64,000 nt of DNA, taken from the IMG/VR virus record IMGVR_UViG_3300042289_000986, positions 124,001 through 188,000 of that record; one strand, written 5' to 3'. The translations under genes and the position numbers were made by a program. This document shows, piece after piece, positions 20,402 through 30,674 of this stretch; the stretch's first letter is position 1, and every line of letters begins with the position of its first letter. The notes under the pieces were generated by a model that saw only the letters and a list, made by a program, of their open reading frames with translations, did no database searches and was not told the DNA's origin.

Positions 20402-21630
20402 TTTGAAATAATTTCAAATTTAGGACACGGAACAATGAATTTACCGCCATTTGACAAGTAATCGTCTTCTCTTTTAACGAACTCGTTAATAAAATGCCAA
20501 GGAAGCACTAACATGTAGTCTGGTTTCATTGCTCGGACTCTTTCTTCTGAGTAAATTGGGATATTTGTTCCAATTGTTTTTAAACCATATTTGTATGGGC
20601 TTCTTTCTGCGATGGCATCAATATAAGAATGATCTAAACCAAAATACTGTAAGAGAGTATTCCCTTTAGTTGATGCACCATAACCACAGATGACCTTTCC
20701 TTTGGCTTTTTCATTTTTAATGAAATCGACAGTTTCTTTTTTTAACCTTTCTGTTTGCTCAAAAAAGTTTAACCATATTTCTTTCTCATCTAATTTAAGA
20801 GTTTTCTCCCAAGACAGTAATGATTCTACTCTTACATTACAAACGTCTCTATATGGGGCCGTTGCGAACGAATGGTTGTCTGAAATTTTCTTTTTAATGT
20901 AAAGTCTAAAGCTTCCACCATTCACATCATTTAACTGACAATCAACTACCTTTAAGTTTGCTTCAGCTAAAACCTTTGTCATGGAGCTTAAAGCCCAATA
21001 ATAAACGTGTTCATGACAAATGTTATCAAATGCCATTTGTTTAATCATTAGTGGCGTATAGCTCATTTGAACAACAAACAAGCCATCGTCATCCAATACT
21101 TCATAAATGTCTTTTAAAAAGTCTACAGGCTCATCTAAATCATAAAACATGGCAATGCATGTAATAACTTTTGCTTTAACATCACGAAAACGAGATTTTT
21201 GATAGTTTTTCAATGTGAAAAAGTCTTGGATGATTTCATCGGCAAATTTTGATGACTCTTTTTTGAATGAATCATCCGCAGGATCAATCCCCAACTTTTT
21301 GATTTCTGTTGGAACATATGATAATAGAGTTCCATCGTTACATGCTATATCTAACCAAAGATCATCTTTTTCTAATTTTTGCAAGCTGCAAATGTTTTCA
21401 ACGATCCCCTTTAATTCGTTTTTCATGGTGGTGTTAATGCCACTGCGATACCAGTATTTTCCATACATTGTTTCGGTTGGAGTAATTTCTTTTAATCTTG
21501 CTGCTCCGTATCTTTCATCAATGACCAACGATAAATCGTGTTTACCCGCTCTTGCATCTGATTCTTGATCAATAAAATCTGAAACATATAATTCACCTAG
21601 ACTAAAAAGTTCTGTGTTGTATTTTTTCAT
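20398..21630 (-). CDS. NDP-sugar C-methyltransferase
   Basis: YWYRSG, LDIACNDGTLL, FDNICHEH, GGSFRLY, GYGASTKGNTLL, VLPWHF. Confidence 0.88.
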   Translation of the reverse strand: MKKYNTELFSLGELYVSDFIDQESDARAGKHDLSLVIDERYGAARLKEITPTETMYGKYWYRSGINTTMKNELKGIVENICSLQKLEKDDLWLDIACNDGTLLSYVPTEIKKLGIDPADDSFKKESSKFADEIIQDFFTLKNYQKSRFRDVKAKVITCIAMFYDLDEPVDFLKDIYEVLDDDGLFVVQMSYTPLMIKQMAFDNICHEHVYYWALSSMTKVLAEANLKVVDCQLNDVNGGSFRLYIKKKISDNHSFATAPYRDVCNVRVESLLSWEKTLKLDEKEIWLNFFEQTERLKKETVDFIKNEKAKGKVICGYGASTKGNTLLQYFGLDHSYIDAIAERSPYKYGLKTIGTNIPIYSEERVRAMKPDYMLVLPWHFINEFVKREDDYLSNGGKFIVPCPKFEIISK

Positions 21631-21635
21631 AAGGT

Positions 21636-22601
21636 TTATTTATTATATACTATTTTTAAGTCATTATCAACCATTTTCATAACCATTTCATTAAAACTTG
21701 TTTTTGGTTTCCAATTTAAAACATTTTGAGCTTTTGTTGAATTTCCTATTAAAACATCAACTTCCGCTGGTCTATAAAAATCTTTGTTAATTTTGATATA
21801 TTTTTCCCAATCTTTAATTCCTACATAATTAAAAGAAACATTTAAAAGATCTTTTATTGAGTGTAAAAGCCCAGTGGATATAACATAATCATCTGGTGTG
21901 TGGTGCTGTAACATAAGCCAAAAAGCCTCAACAAAATCAACAGCATATCCCCAATCTCTTTTTGATTCTATATTTCCAAGAGAAATATGATCTGTTAATC
22001 CTAATTTTATCTTGGCAACTCCTTGAGTTATTTTTCTAGAAACAAAAACTGGTTTTCTTCTTTCGCTTTCGTGATTAAACAAAATGCCATTACAAATAAA
22101 CATGTTATAGTTTTCTCTATAGTTTTTACACAACCAGTAACCATAAAGCTTAGAGCAGCCATATTGGGTTTTTGGACAAAATGGAGTATTTTCATTCGCT
22201 GGATTTTCAGTTATTCGTCCAAAAATTTCTGAAGATGCTGGTTGGAAAAATTTAATTTTTTTATTAAAAGTTTTAATTGATTCTAACCATCTTAATGTTC
22301 CTAAACCTGTTACGTTTGCATTGGATTCGGTATTTTTCCAGCAATCTTCCAAAAATGAATTACCTGCTAAGTTATAAATTTCATCAGGATTAGATTCTTC
22401 TAAACATTTTAAGATTGAAGATTGATCTGCTAAATCACCCTTAAGAAAAGTTATTTTATTTTTTAAATGGGTTGTATTTTCGTTTATGTTCTGATCTGGT
22501 TTTTGGATGCCGTAGATATGATATCCTCGATCAAGAAGAAAATCTGCTAGATGGCTACCATCCATTCCGTTGATACCTGCTATTAAAACTTTTTTAGACA
22601 T
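21636..22601 (-). CDS. gmd: GDP-mannose 4,6-dehydratase
   Basis: GINGMDGSHLA, YNLAG, SSEIFG, YGCSK, GILFNHES, RDWGYA, YRPAEV. Confidence 0.92.
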   Translation of the reverse strand: MSKKVLIAGINGMDGSHLADFLLDRGYHIYGIQKPDQNINENTTHLKNKITFLKGDLADQSSILKCLEESNPDEIYNLAGNSFLEDCWKNTESNANVTGLGTLRWLESIKTFNKKIKFFQPASSEIFGRITENPANENTPFCPKTQYGCSKLYGYWLCKNYRENYNMFICNGILFNHESERRKPVFVSRKITQGVAKIKLGLTDHISLGNIESKRDWGYAVDFVEAFWLMLQHHTPDDYVISTGLLHSIKDLLNVSFNYVGIKDWEKYIKINKDFYRPAEVDVLIGNSTKAQNVLNWKPKTSFNEMVMKMVDNDLKIVYNK

Positions 22602-23295
22602 AATCAGTTTCGTTTATTAATTTTTCATATTCTGTAAAATATGGAAAATATTTTGTTGAACCGTGAAAGCCAAAACTATTACCCAATATTGATTTTTCGT
22701 TAATATAGCTTTCTAATGAAAATTGTTGAGCAATTTGAACTGGTGCATATTTTATCCCTGCTTGTTTTAAATCTTTCCTGTGTAAAACCGATATTATTAC
22801 ATCTTCTTCTAATTCTGGATTTTTGTAATCTATTTTTGATGTTTCAATTAAAAGTTTTTTACTTCTTAAAGAAAAACCACCATTTCCAACAATATTTTTT
22901 ACATCACCTTGCATATTTGTTTTTTGCAAAACGTCTTTAGTTAAATGTTCGCCCCAAGGAGCACCAATATAATCATAATTGTAAAAAAAATCTGTCCACA
23001 GGTAAGGATTAACGACAAACCCATCAGGCTGAACAAACAAACAATACTCACTATCAATATATTTGTACATTTCTTTGATACAAAAAATATTATAATCCTT
23101 TAAACTGGCTAATCCATCAATTTTAATAACTTCAATATCAGAATATGATAAATTTTTATTAGTAATGATAATTTTTTGGTAAAAATTAATTTTTTCAGAA
23201 CTTATTTTAATAGCCTTTGCGCTATTTTCAGGATCTCTACCGTTTATTGAGACGATAGTTACTTTATTCAAATTTAGTTTTAAATTATCTTCCAT
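22594..23295 (-). CDS. DUF5672-type putative glycosyltransferase
   Basis: QPDGFV, YDYIGAPW, VGNGGFSLRSKKL, EDV, FGFHG. Confidence 0.8.
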   Translation of the reverse strand: MEDNLKLNLNKVTIVSINGRDPENSAKAIKISSEKINFYQKIIITNKNLSYSDIEVIKIDGLASLKDYNIFCIKEMYKYIDSEYCLFVQPDGFVVNPYLWTDFFYNYDYIGAPWGEHLTKDVLQKTNMQGDVKNIVGNGGFSLRSKKLLIETSKIDYKNPELEEDVIISVLHRKDLKQAGIKYAPVQIAQQFSLESYINEKSILGNSFGFHGSTKYFPYFTEYEKLINETDYV

Positions 23296-23981
23296 GTATT
23301 TTTAAGAATTGGGGTTGTAAGAGGACCAGTTCTCTTAAAGAAAATTTTTTTATTTTTCAAATTTGTTTGTTCGATTAAATTAGCAAAACAACTGTCGTAC
23401 ATAGCTAAAACTTTAGCATTTTCAAGAACATACATCCAATCAAAAACCGATTTAGAAAAAGGTTTTATCTCTATTAGTTGATAATCTTTTGGATATTCAA
23501 TTTGGTGTGGACATACACCATCAGAAACTTCTAATTGAACTACGCAATAATTGGGATTTTGTACTAATTGATTATATAAAGCAATTTCTCTTTCTTTTAT
23601 TCTATTAAATTTTAAATTCCATTTTTCTTCAAATGGAACTCTAGCAAGTTTATATCGAAATTCATCAAATGATAAACTATTTTGAGAAACAAACTGATGT
23701 GTATTTTTTCGGTGCCAAGTACCTGGTGATGTAAAAGATAAATCTAGCATAACACAACCTTTTTCAATAAAAATTTTTTCACTATCTTCTATGGGATTTA
23801 AATTTTGTGTATTAAGAGGATAGAATGATACATAATCAATATTGTCTTTAAAGTTATCAATTAAAAAATCATAAACTGGCCAATGAATATCATAACCTTG
23901 GTCGTGATAATATTTGGCAATAGGTAAACATATTATAATATCTCCTATTCTACCTGGTAATAAAATTCCTAACTTTTTCAT
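23280..23981 (-). CDS. GT9-like glycosyltransferase
   Basis: PGRIGDIIICLP; DSCFANL. Confidence 0.6.
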   Translation of the reverse strand: MKKLGILLPGRIGDIIICLPIAKYYHDQGYDIHWPVYDFLIDNFKDNIDYVSFYPLNTQNLNPIEDSEKIFIEKGCVMLDLSFTSPGTWHRKNTHQFVSQNSLSFDEFRYKLARVPFEEKWNLKFNRIKEREIALYNQLVQNPNYCVVQLEVSDGVCPHQIEYPKDYQLIEIKPFSKSVFDWMYVLENAKVLAMYDSCFANLIEQTNLKNKKIFFKRTGPLTTPILKNTWKII

Positions 23982-24748
23982 AGTTTTAAATATTTTTCTT
24001 CAAGTTCTTTTTCGTTTTCTAATGGAATTAAAAATTGCCCATAAGGTTCTCTTTTGATTAAATTTTCAAAAATAAACTGTTTCCATTTAATTGATAATGG
24101 ATTTTTTTCCCATAGCTTACTATTATACACTGCTTCTGGACTTGTTTCACTCCATTTTATATCATGTTTTTCATGAGCAGCATAAAATTCTTTATTTAAT
24201 ATAATACATTTACTAAGGTTATACATTTTTAATGTAAATGCCACATCCCAAAGATGTTCTGCATAAATATATTTTTCAAAATGAATATTGTTAGAATTCC
24301 ACCAATCTTTTTTGATTGCCCAAACATCAAAACCAGCTATTTCAATTCGATATGGTACAATATTTTCAAGTGATTGAATTGGGTGTGTGTCATGACGAGA
24401 CACACAATAAGTTTCATATTCTCCTGCTAAAACTAAATTTAAAAATTTTGGAGATAATAAAATATCACTATTTAAAAAAATAAAATAATCACAATTTTGT
24501 TTTGATAAAATATCAAAAAACTCTTTAGCTATTGGTTTTTGTGAATTAGAGTTATGAATAACATCTTTGGCCTTTTCATTTAACAAAGGTAAAGGAATAA
24601 ATGCCTCGTCCAAATTTTTTTCATTAGGATAGAATATATTGTATAGTTTAACATTAGAATATTTTAAAGAAATTTTTTTTAAAACTTCTATACATTTTTG
24701 TTGTCTTGGACAAGTTCCAAAAATATTAATTCCTATCGCTATATTCAT
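23978..24748 (-). CDS. GT-A-like putative glycosyltransferase
   Basis: FIFLNSDI, AGFDVW, HLWD, HEKH. Confidence 0.55.
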   Translation of the reverse strand: MNIAIGINIFGTCPRQQKCIEVLKKISLKYSNVKLYNIFYPNEKNLDEAFIPLPLLNEKAKDVIHNSNSQKPIAKEFFDILSKQNCDYFIFLNSDILLSPKFLNLVLAGEYETYCVSRHDTHPIQSLENIVPYRIEIAGFDVWAIKKDWWNSNNIHFEKYIYAEHLWDVAFTLKMYNLSKCIILNKEFYAAHEKHDIKWSETSPEAVYNSKLWEKNPLSIKWKQFIFENLIKREPYGQFLIPLENEKELEEKYLKL

Positions 24749-25532
24749 TTTTGATTGATTTTAAAAAATTAACTACATCTTCTTGGGTACTGTCTGGTAT
24801 TTCATTAACCATAATACCATGTTTGTTTATAAAAAGCTGCCACTGTTCTCTAATTCTTTCTTCTCTAGAACCGTCTGGTCTTTCGGATTGTAAACGACTT
24901 TTGGCGTTTTGGTTGTTTTCTATTAAATCATCTGAGTTTTTAAGATCAGGAAACCACCAAAAAGGAGGACAGTATTTTGTTTTTGACTCTCGGTAAGCCA
25001 TATCAATATCAAAGGGATCACGAAATTGGGTATCATATACGCCAACTTCGTCAAAACACGATGAATTGTGATAAGTGAATTCATTGCACATGTTTTTATA
25101 AAAAGATATCCCAACATTTTCACTATAGTTAACTGTAAGTCTTGGGGTCCTATTATTTGGACTTCCAGAATCCCATGACATGCTGACAAATGAAAAGTAA
25201 TTTATGCCTGATGTTTTAGACGCTTCGATATATTTTTCAAATATATGTTCATTTTTAATGATCATATCATCTTCTATTAAGAAAATATGCTTGCAGTTTC
25301 TATTTTTTAGAAAATTGATACAATCATTTCTACAAAAAGCTGGATAATAATTTTTGTGGTGTTGTATCCAGTTTGTATCATATAAAGATTCATTATATCG
25401 TTCTCCTCCGTTTACTGTTACCAGTTCGTCTATTTTATTTTTAGGAAGCGAGTTATATAAATCTTTAAAATAAGATTCAGAATTGTACGTAACGATACCT
25501 ACACCTATTTTTTCTATTGGTTGTTTTTCCAT
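24726..25532 (-). CDS. GT2-family glycosyltransferase
   Basis: IGVGIVTYN, HIFLIEDDM, VGVYD. Confidence 0.85.
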   Translation of the reverse strand: MEKQPIEKIGVGIVTYNSESYFKDLYNSLPKNKIDELVTVNGGERYNESLYDTNWIQHHKNYYPAFCRNDCINFLKNRNCKHIFLIEDDMIIKNEHIFEKYIEASKTSGINYFSFVSMSWDSGSPNNRTPRLTVNYSENVGISFYKNMCNEFTYHNSSCFDEVGVYDTQFRDPFDIDMAYRESKTKYCPPFWWFPDLKNSDDLIENNQNAKSRLQSERPDGSREERIREQWQLFINKHGIMVNEIPDSTQEDVVNFLKSIKNEYSDRN

Positions 25533-26314
25533 ATAACTTTTAAGTTATCTAAACATTGTTTTTCTGAAAAATTTTTTTCAACAGGACCATAACCTTGAAC
25601 TACACTAAACCCGTTTTTAGAAATGAAATAATCTAAAGCTTTAATAAAAGTTTGTTGAAAGTCATTTTCGTTTCTTATTTTACTTTGTTGGTGATCTGGA
25701 ACTATATCTTTTAAATAGTCGTTAGAATTTTCAATATCAGCAAACCACCTAAACGGTGGGTGATATTTTTTTTGAATTATTTGATATGTGTGATCTACGT
25801 GCTCAAGAGCATTATAAAAATTTTCATCCATTAATCCAATTTTTTTAAGTACATCTATATGATAATAGCTAAATGCTCCTAGTAAATTTGGATATAAATT
25901 TATTTTTGTGTTGTCTGGATAATTGACGGTTTTTCTAATTATTGGTGCGTTATTATAACCCAAGTTATGGTTACCATGAAGTCCATAATTAAAGTGCTTA
26001 ATACCTGTTGATTTCGATGCTTCGATATATTTTTCTAAAATTTCTTTATTTATAATTTCAATATCATCCTCCATTAAAAAAATATGATCACATTTTTGAT
26101 CAATTAAATATTCTAAAGCAATATTTTTTGCTTTAGCTACTCCTGATTTAGGAATGTTTGTATTTTTTTTATTTAGAGTAGAATTAACCTTATTTTCACC
26201 ATCATCTACTATAATTTTAATGCACTCTAAATCTAAAATAGAACTTTCAGATTTTTTGAAAAAATCTGGGCGGTCACAGGTTATTAAACCGATTCCAATT
26301 TTTTCATTGTTCAT
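25514..26314 (-). CDS. GT2-family glycosyltransferase
   Basis: IGIGLITCDR, GVAKAKN, HIFLMEDDI, IGLMDENF, EHVD. Confidence 0.88.
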   Translation of the reverse strand: MNNEKIGIGLITCDRPDFFKKSESSILDLECIKIIVDDGENKVNSTLNKKNTNIPKSGVAKAKNIALEYLIDQKCDHIFLMEDDIEIINKEILEKYIEASKSTGIKHFNYGLHGNHNLGYNNAPIIRKTVNYPDNTKINLYPNLLGAFSYYHIDVLKKIGLMDENFYNALEHVDHTYQIIQKKYHPPFRWFADIENSNDYLKDIVPDHQQSKIRNENDFQQTFIKALDYFISKNGFSVVQGYGPVEKNFSEKQCLDNLKVIWKNNQ

Positions 26315-27068
26315 TTTTACTATAATTTTTTTGAATTTCTTCTAAAGATTTTAACAATTCTTCTCTGGGAACTGGTGCAGGTTCATTTTGTAAAGGTATA
26401 TATTGATATTTGAACATGAAATAAGCATAAGACATGTGGACACTTTGATCAGCATTTAACATATCTTTGTAGTTTATTTTTTGGATTGTGCTACTTGATG
26501 AGTCTATATCTTTTTCAATAATAGGATGATAGTTATTTGGCGGATAAACTTTCTTTTCGCGCATTCTTAAAATATAATCAACAACATCTAAATCTTTGGT
26601 ATTAAAAAATCTTTCATCAAAATAGCCAACGTTAGAAACTATACCATTAAACAAATATATAAAATCGGCATTTAGTTTATTTGATATTGATAAACTTTCA
26701 TTTTTTTCTTCATCATCAATAGTTACAATGCTTTCAGACGGTCCCATCATAGCCCATGTTCCGAAAATTGAAGCTTTTTTAATTATGTTTTCAAAAACGT
26801 TTTCGTTTTTTATAATTTGATTTGAATTAATTAAGAAAAAATGTTTTAATCCTGCTATTCTAAATTGTGAAATGAGCCAATTACGTAAAGACGCAAACGG
26901 AACGCCATTTCCGTAAACTCTATAATTTTCTACGCTTTCAGGTATGTTATTTTTTGTATCAGAAACCACGAAGACTTTTAAATCTTTGGGAATGCTGTTA
27001 TAACAATTGTTTAAATCCTCTTGCGTATAAACGTCTAATATTCCTATTCCTATTTCTTCTTTATTCAT
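26304..27068 (-). CDS. Degenerate GT2-like protein (lacks DxD/EDD)
   Basis: IGIGI, LRN and VGYFDERF as in its two neighbours, but HFFLINSNQ in place of HIFLxEDD. Confidence 0.65.
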   Translation of the reverse strand: MNKEEIGIGILDVYTQEDLNNCYNSIPKDLKVFVVSDTKNNIPESVENYRVYGNGVPFASLRNWLISQFRIAGLKHFFLINSNQIIKNENVFENIIKKASIFGTWAMMGPSESIVTIDDEEKNESLSISNKLNADFIYLFNGIVSNVGYFDERFFNTKDLDVVDYILRMREKKVYPPNNYHPIIEKDIDSSSSTIQKINYKDMLNADQSVHMSYAYFMFKYQYIPLQNEPAPVPREELLKSLEEIQKNYSKNEQ

Positions 27069-28114
27069 ACTAATGAATTATACATTTCTTTTAAATATTC
27101 TACAACTTCTTTTTTATGATCAATATCTAAAGTATTGATATATTCTTCAATATCTTTTAATAAATCACCACTATTAAAGTTTTCTTCGTTTGAAATTTTT
27201 TGAATATCTTCTTCATTTTCAATATATTCTAAACGATATACTAAGGGATTCATGTTGTTAATTTTTGTGTTTAATCCCAATATAATATCATGTTCTATTT
27301 TTAGATCGACAACCAATGCCACAATATTATTGTGTATAATTTTTTTAAGTTCTTCAACTTCATATTCATCATTAATTAGTTTTTTAGCCGATATTTTATA
27401 ATGTTTTGGTGATAATGTGTTTTCAATAAAAGAAAAAGAATGTTTTTCTAAATCAAATATATAAATTCCTTTATCTTCTGCAACGGCTCCAAAATTTTGT
27501 TGATATGGACTTCCTAAATAAACTATATCACCTTCTTTATAGGTTCTGTGATCTCTTTTATGAAAATGTCCCGAAACAATCAAATTAGCTTTATTAAAAA
27601 GATTAGAGTAAGACAGTCCGTGATCACATTGTTTATAGTTATTCATATAAAATGAAACTATTTCAAAGTGACCAAAGATGATATCAACTTTTTCTAATTT
27701 TTCAATATCATATCCCCAAGGAACAAATGTTATTTTTTTATTAAAATCAGTTTCTAAAATTAATGGAGTTTTATCAACAATTTTTATATTTTTCCAACCA
27801 TCAAAAATAGATATTGAATTTATATTACTATCGTTTTTTAAAAAACTATCATGGTTTCCGGTGGAAATAATAATATTAAAATCTTTAAAATAATCAAAAA
27901 ATTGTTTTGCAATAGATAAAGTCTCTACTGATATTTCATTTCTATTGTGAAATATATCACCAGGTATAAAAATATCATCAATTCCTTCTTCTAAGAATTT
28001 TTGAGATGCCCATTTTGCAAAATTTAAACTAACCTCATGCCACATTTCGCTGTCTTGGCCTAAACCGAGATGAATATCTGAAAAACTTCCTATTTTTTTG
28101 TTTTTTAGTTTCAT
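27065..28114 (-). CDS. 47: Recombination nuclease subunit, gp47/SbcD/Mre11-like
   Basis: SDIHLG, GDIFH, GNHD, FGHFE, SGHFH, YLGSPYQ. Confidence 0.95.
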   Translation of the reverse strand: MKLKNKKIGSFSDIHLGLGQDSEMWHEVSLNFAKWASQKFLEEGIDDIFIPGDIFHNRNEISVETLSIAKQFFDYFKDFNIIISTGNHDSFLKNDSNINSISIFDGWKNIKIVDKTPLILETDFNKKITFVPWGYDIEKLEKVDIIFGHFEIVSFYMNNYKQCDHGLSYSNLFNKANLIVSGHFHKRDHRTYKEGDIVYLGSPYQQNFGAVAEDKGIYIFDLEKHSFSFIENTLSPKHYKISAKKLINDEYEVEELKKIIHNNIVALVVDLKIEHDIILGLNTKINNMNPLVYRLEYIENEEDIQKISNEENFNSGDLLKDIEEYINTLDIDHKKEVVEYLKEMYNSLV

Positions 28115-28848
28115 TCTAACAATCTATCTCTTTCTTTCATGATTCGAATATTATTATTTTTAAGCAAATTACTATATCCTTCTGACATGGACATTAATTC
28201 TCTGCGATATTTTTCATGAGTTTCATGTATATGTTTTTCTTTTTTAATTCTATTTCGAAAAGCATTAAAAGCAATTCTTGTAAAATATGAAAACGGATTG
28301 GTTCCCTTTTCTCTATTATATTTTTTAGATATTAAGGCTTTCATCATACGAATAATACCATCTCCAACCATTTCTTCTCTATAACTGTAATTAATAAAAT
28401 TGGGAGCATAGCTTAATTTGTTTGAAATCTTACTAACCATTTCTGCTAAATCATTAGTCATTATACCAGATTCGTAAAATTTTACAATTTCTTCATCAAA
28501 CTTTTTAGGTTCAACGTAAAAAACTTTTTTATCCGGTTTTTTTTTGTTTTTTATTTTTTCAATTACTGGTTCTTCTTCAACCTCTTCCGCTTCTTCAACT
28601 TCTTCATCCTCTTCTTTTTCGTGGTCGCTTACAGAGTCAAACATAGAGGATGCATAACTAATATTTTCATCTAGATCTTCTTCTAAAGAAGAATCTTCGT
28701 TTTCATCAATAAAATCATCGTAATCAATAATTTTTTTCTTTCTTTTTTTAAAGAAAGAAGGTTTTGGTTTAATAACTTCAACTTTTTTATCTTTTTTTAA
28801 TTTAGTTGTCTTGTTATCTTTTTTTAATTTAGATTGTTTTTTCTTCAT
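28111..28848 (-). CDS. 55: Late-transcription sigma factor, gp55-like, with charged N-terminal extension
   Basis: LSYAPNFINYSYREEMVGDG, NPFSYFTRIAFNAFRNRIKKEK. Confidence 0.9.
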   Translation of the reverse strand: MKKKQSKLKKDNKTTKLKKDKKVEVIKPKPSFFKKRKKKIIDYDDFIDENEDSSLEEDLDENISYASSMFDSVSDHEKEEDEEVEEAEEVEEEPVIEKIKNKKKPDKKVFYVEPKKFDEEIVKFYESGIMTNDLAEMVSKISNKLSYAPNFINYSYREEMVGDGIIRMMKALISKKYNREKGTNPFSYFTRIAFNAFRNRIKKEKHIHETHEKYRRELMSMSEGYSNLLKNNNIRIMKERDRLLE

Positions 28849-30250
28849 AGTTGTATTTTTCTGTATTATAGAGTTTTATGCGTTCGCTTAAATGTATTTG
28901 TCCATATTTCGTGTTATCTGCTATATCAAAAATAGTAGCCATTGTTTTTGTTGGGTGTAAACGCAATGCTCTACCTATTGATTGCATAATTTTAATTTTT
29001 GCTTTTCCAGCAGATGCAAAAATAATGTTATGTAAATTTGGAATATTGATTCCCGTACTAAAAATTTTTGAAACAGCGACTACTATTACATTGTTTTTTT
29101 TATTCATTAAATTTCTTACATTTTCTCTTTCTTCGATGTCGGTCGATCCTTGAATAAAATATATTGGTCTATTTTTCTCACAAATTTCTTTTAATTTTGA
29201 TTCCAAATTAAGCCCATGATCAATTCTATCCACCATTATAATAGTATTGTTTGGTAGTCTATCGGCTAGTTTGGCAATAACTTCGTTTCTTCTTTCATTG
29301 TGCATTAAATATTCAATTTCTTGATTGTATGCTTCGGTTGGACGCTCTGTATTTACTTTAAACTTAGGAATATTACAATGTCGAATGTTTAAAATTACAA
29401 TTTTAAAGTTTGAAACGTATTCTTGGTTTTTTAAATCTAATGTTTTTTCCTCGTAAACAACTGGACCAAGTTTTCCAAAAATATTCCATTGATCAATGTT
29501 TGATGGTGGTAATGTTCCAGTAAAACCAAATTTAAAATCTGTATTAATTAAATTAAAAATTTTATTTATTTCGTTTCCTTTTCTTAATCCGTGCGTTTCG
29601 TCCATTAATAATAGCTCGATGCTATCTAAAATTGATAGATCTGTCTTATTGCTTAATAGAATTTGTGTACCTGCAACTATAATTTCCGCACTTATATCTA
29701 ATTGGTTACTTCCTGACCACTTTGTAACATTTTTTAAACCATAAGATATGAAATCCGAAGCCGTTTGTTCAACTAGTTGGATAGATGGTACAATTACTAG
29801 TGTTAATGCTTTATCATTTTCGATGTTTTTGCGAAAACTTTTTATAAGTCCTGCCATAATAAGAGTTTTTCCACCCGCAGTTGGAATAGAAATCACACCC
29901 TTTCCTTTTTTTAAAGCATTAACAATTGATTTTTTTTGATAGTCTCTGTACGAAATTGATAATGTTTCTATAGTAGGATTTTTAAAACCATTATTATTTT
30001 TTTTATAAAGAGATTCTTCAATATTATATTGAATTTGATTAGATTCTAAATATGCACATATATGATCCAATAGTCCTAATTCAAATTTACCTGATGGTGT
30101 AATGGCATGTAAACGATTTGGTATAAATTTTTTATTACTTCTATAAGCAGGATTTAAAATAGAAAAATACTCCCTCATTAAACTAAGGGTTAATACATCC
30201 GTATTAATTTGGACTTGCTTATTATTTTTTATAAGTGATAAATTGACCAT
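28829..30250 (-). CDS. uvsW: UvsW helicase
   Basis: RDYQ, PTAGGKT, DETH, GFTGT, FSTGINIPNL, QSIGRALR. Confidence 0.95.
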   Translation of the reverse strand: MVNLSLIKNNKQVQINTDVLTLSLMREYFSILNPAYRSNKKFIPNRLHAITPSGKFELGLLDHICAYLESNQIQYNIEESLYKKNNNGFKNPTIETLSISYRDYQKKSIVNALKKGKGVISIPTAGGKTLIMAGLIKSFRKNIENDKALTLVIVPSIQLVEQTASDFISYGLKNVTKWSGSNQLDISAEIIVAGTQILLSNKTDLSILDSIELLLMDETHGLRKGNEINKIFNLINTDFKFGFTGTLPPSNIDQWNIFGKLGPVVYEEKTLDLKNQEYVSNFKIVILNIRHCNIPKFKVNTERPTEAYNQEIEYLMHNERRNEVIAKLADRLPNNTIIMVDRIDHGLNLESKLKEICEKNRPIYFIQGSTDIEERENVRNLMNKKNNVIVVAVSKIFSTGINIPNLHNIIFASAGKAKIKIMQSIGRALRLHPTKTMATIFDIADNTKYGQIHLSERIKLYNTEKYNYEEKTI

Positions 30251-30648
30251 TATGTTGTTTCCATTACCATTATTTTAGTTGCATTTCCTAAATCAAATGT
30301 TATCGAACTCATAATTTTTTCTACTTTTTCCAAGTATTCAACTATGAGTTTTAATTCTTCTATATCTTCATCAATTTTTCTAATTGGTTCTGATGATTCT
30401 ACTTTTAAATTTAAAGATGCTTTTGGAATTCCACTTGGTATTCCGTTTTTTTCTAAACTTTTTAAAACTTGCTCTTTTAAATCTTTTCTTTTACTTTCTA
30501 AATGATTTTTTTGTCTTTTATGATCAATAAGTCTAGACACCCATTTATGTTTTAAAGCGGGTAGCATAAGTTGCTTTTCTAAAATATTAATTTGATCGAA
30601 TTTAGTATCTTCAGCAATTTCTTCTTTGTATTTGTTGAATATATCCAT
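30250..30648 (-). CDS. uvsY: Recombination mediator UvsY
   Basis: ~132 aa, helical; LPALKHKW, IVEYLEKV...FDLGNA; adjacent to uvsW. Confidence 0.7.
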   Translation of the reverse strand: MDIFNKYKEEIAEDTKFDQINILEKQLMLPALKHKWVSRLIDHKRQKNHLESKRKDLKEQVLKSLEKNGIPSGIPKASLNLKVESSEPIRKIDEDIEELKLIVEYLEKVEKIMSSITFDLGNATKIMVMETT

Positions 30649-30674
30649 AAATATAGATACTACGATTATACACA

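Noticed and set aside
14685-27068. Bacterial LPS/capsule locus or giant eukaryotic virus origin for the sugar genes
   Set aside because: The genes are coupled to T4-type gp47/gp46, share the phage's AT-rich composition, and no flippase, polymerase or export genes are present.
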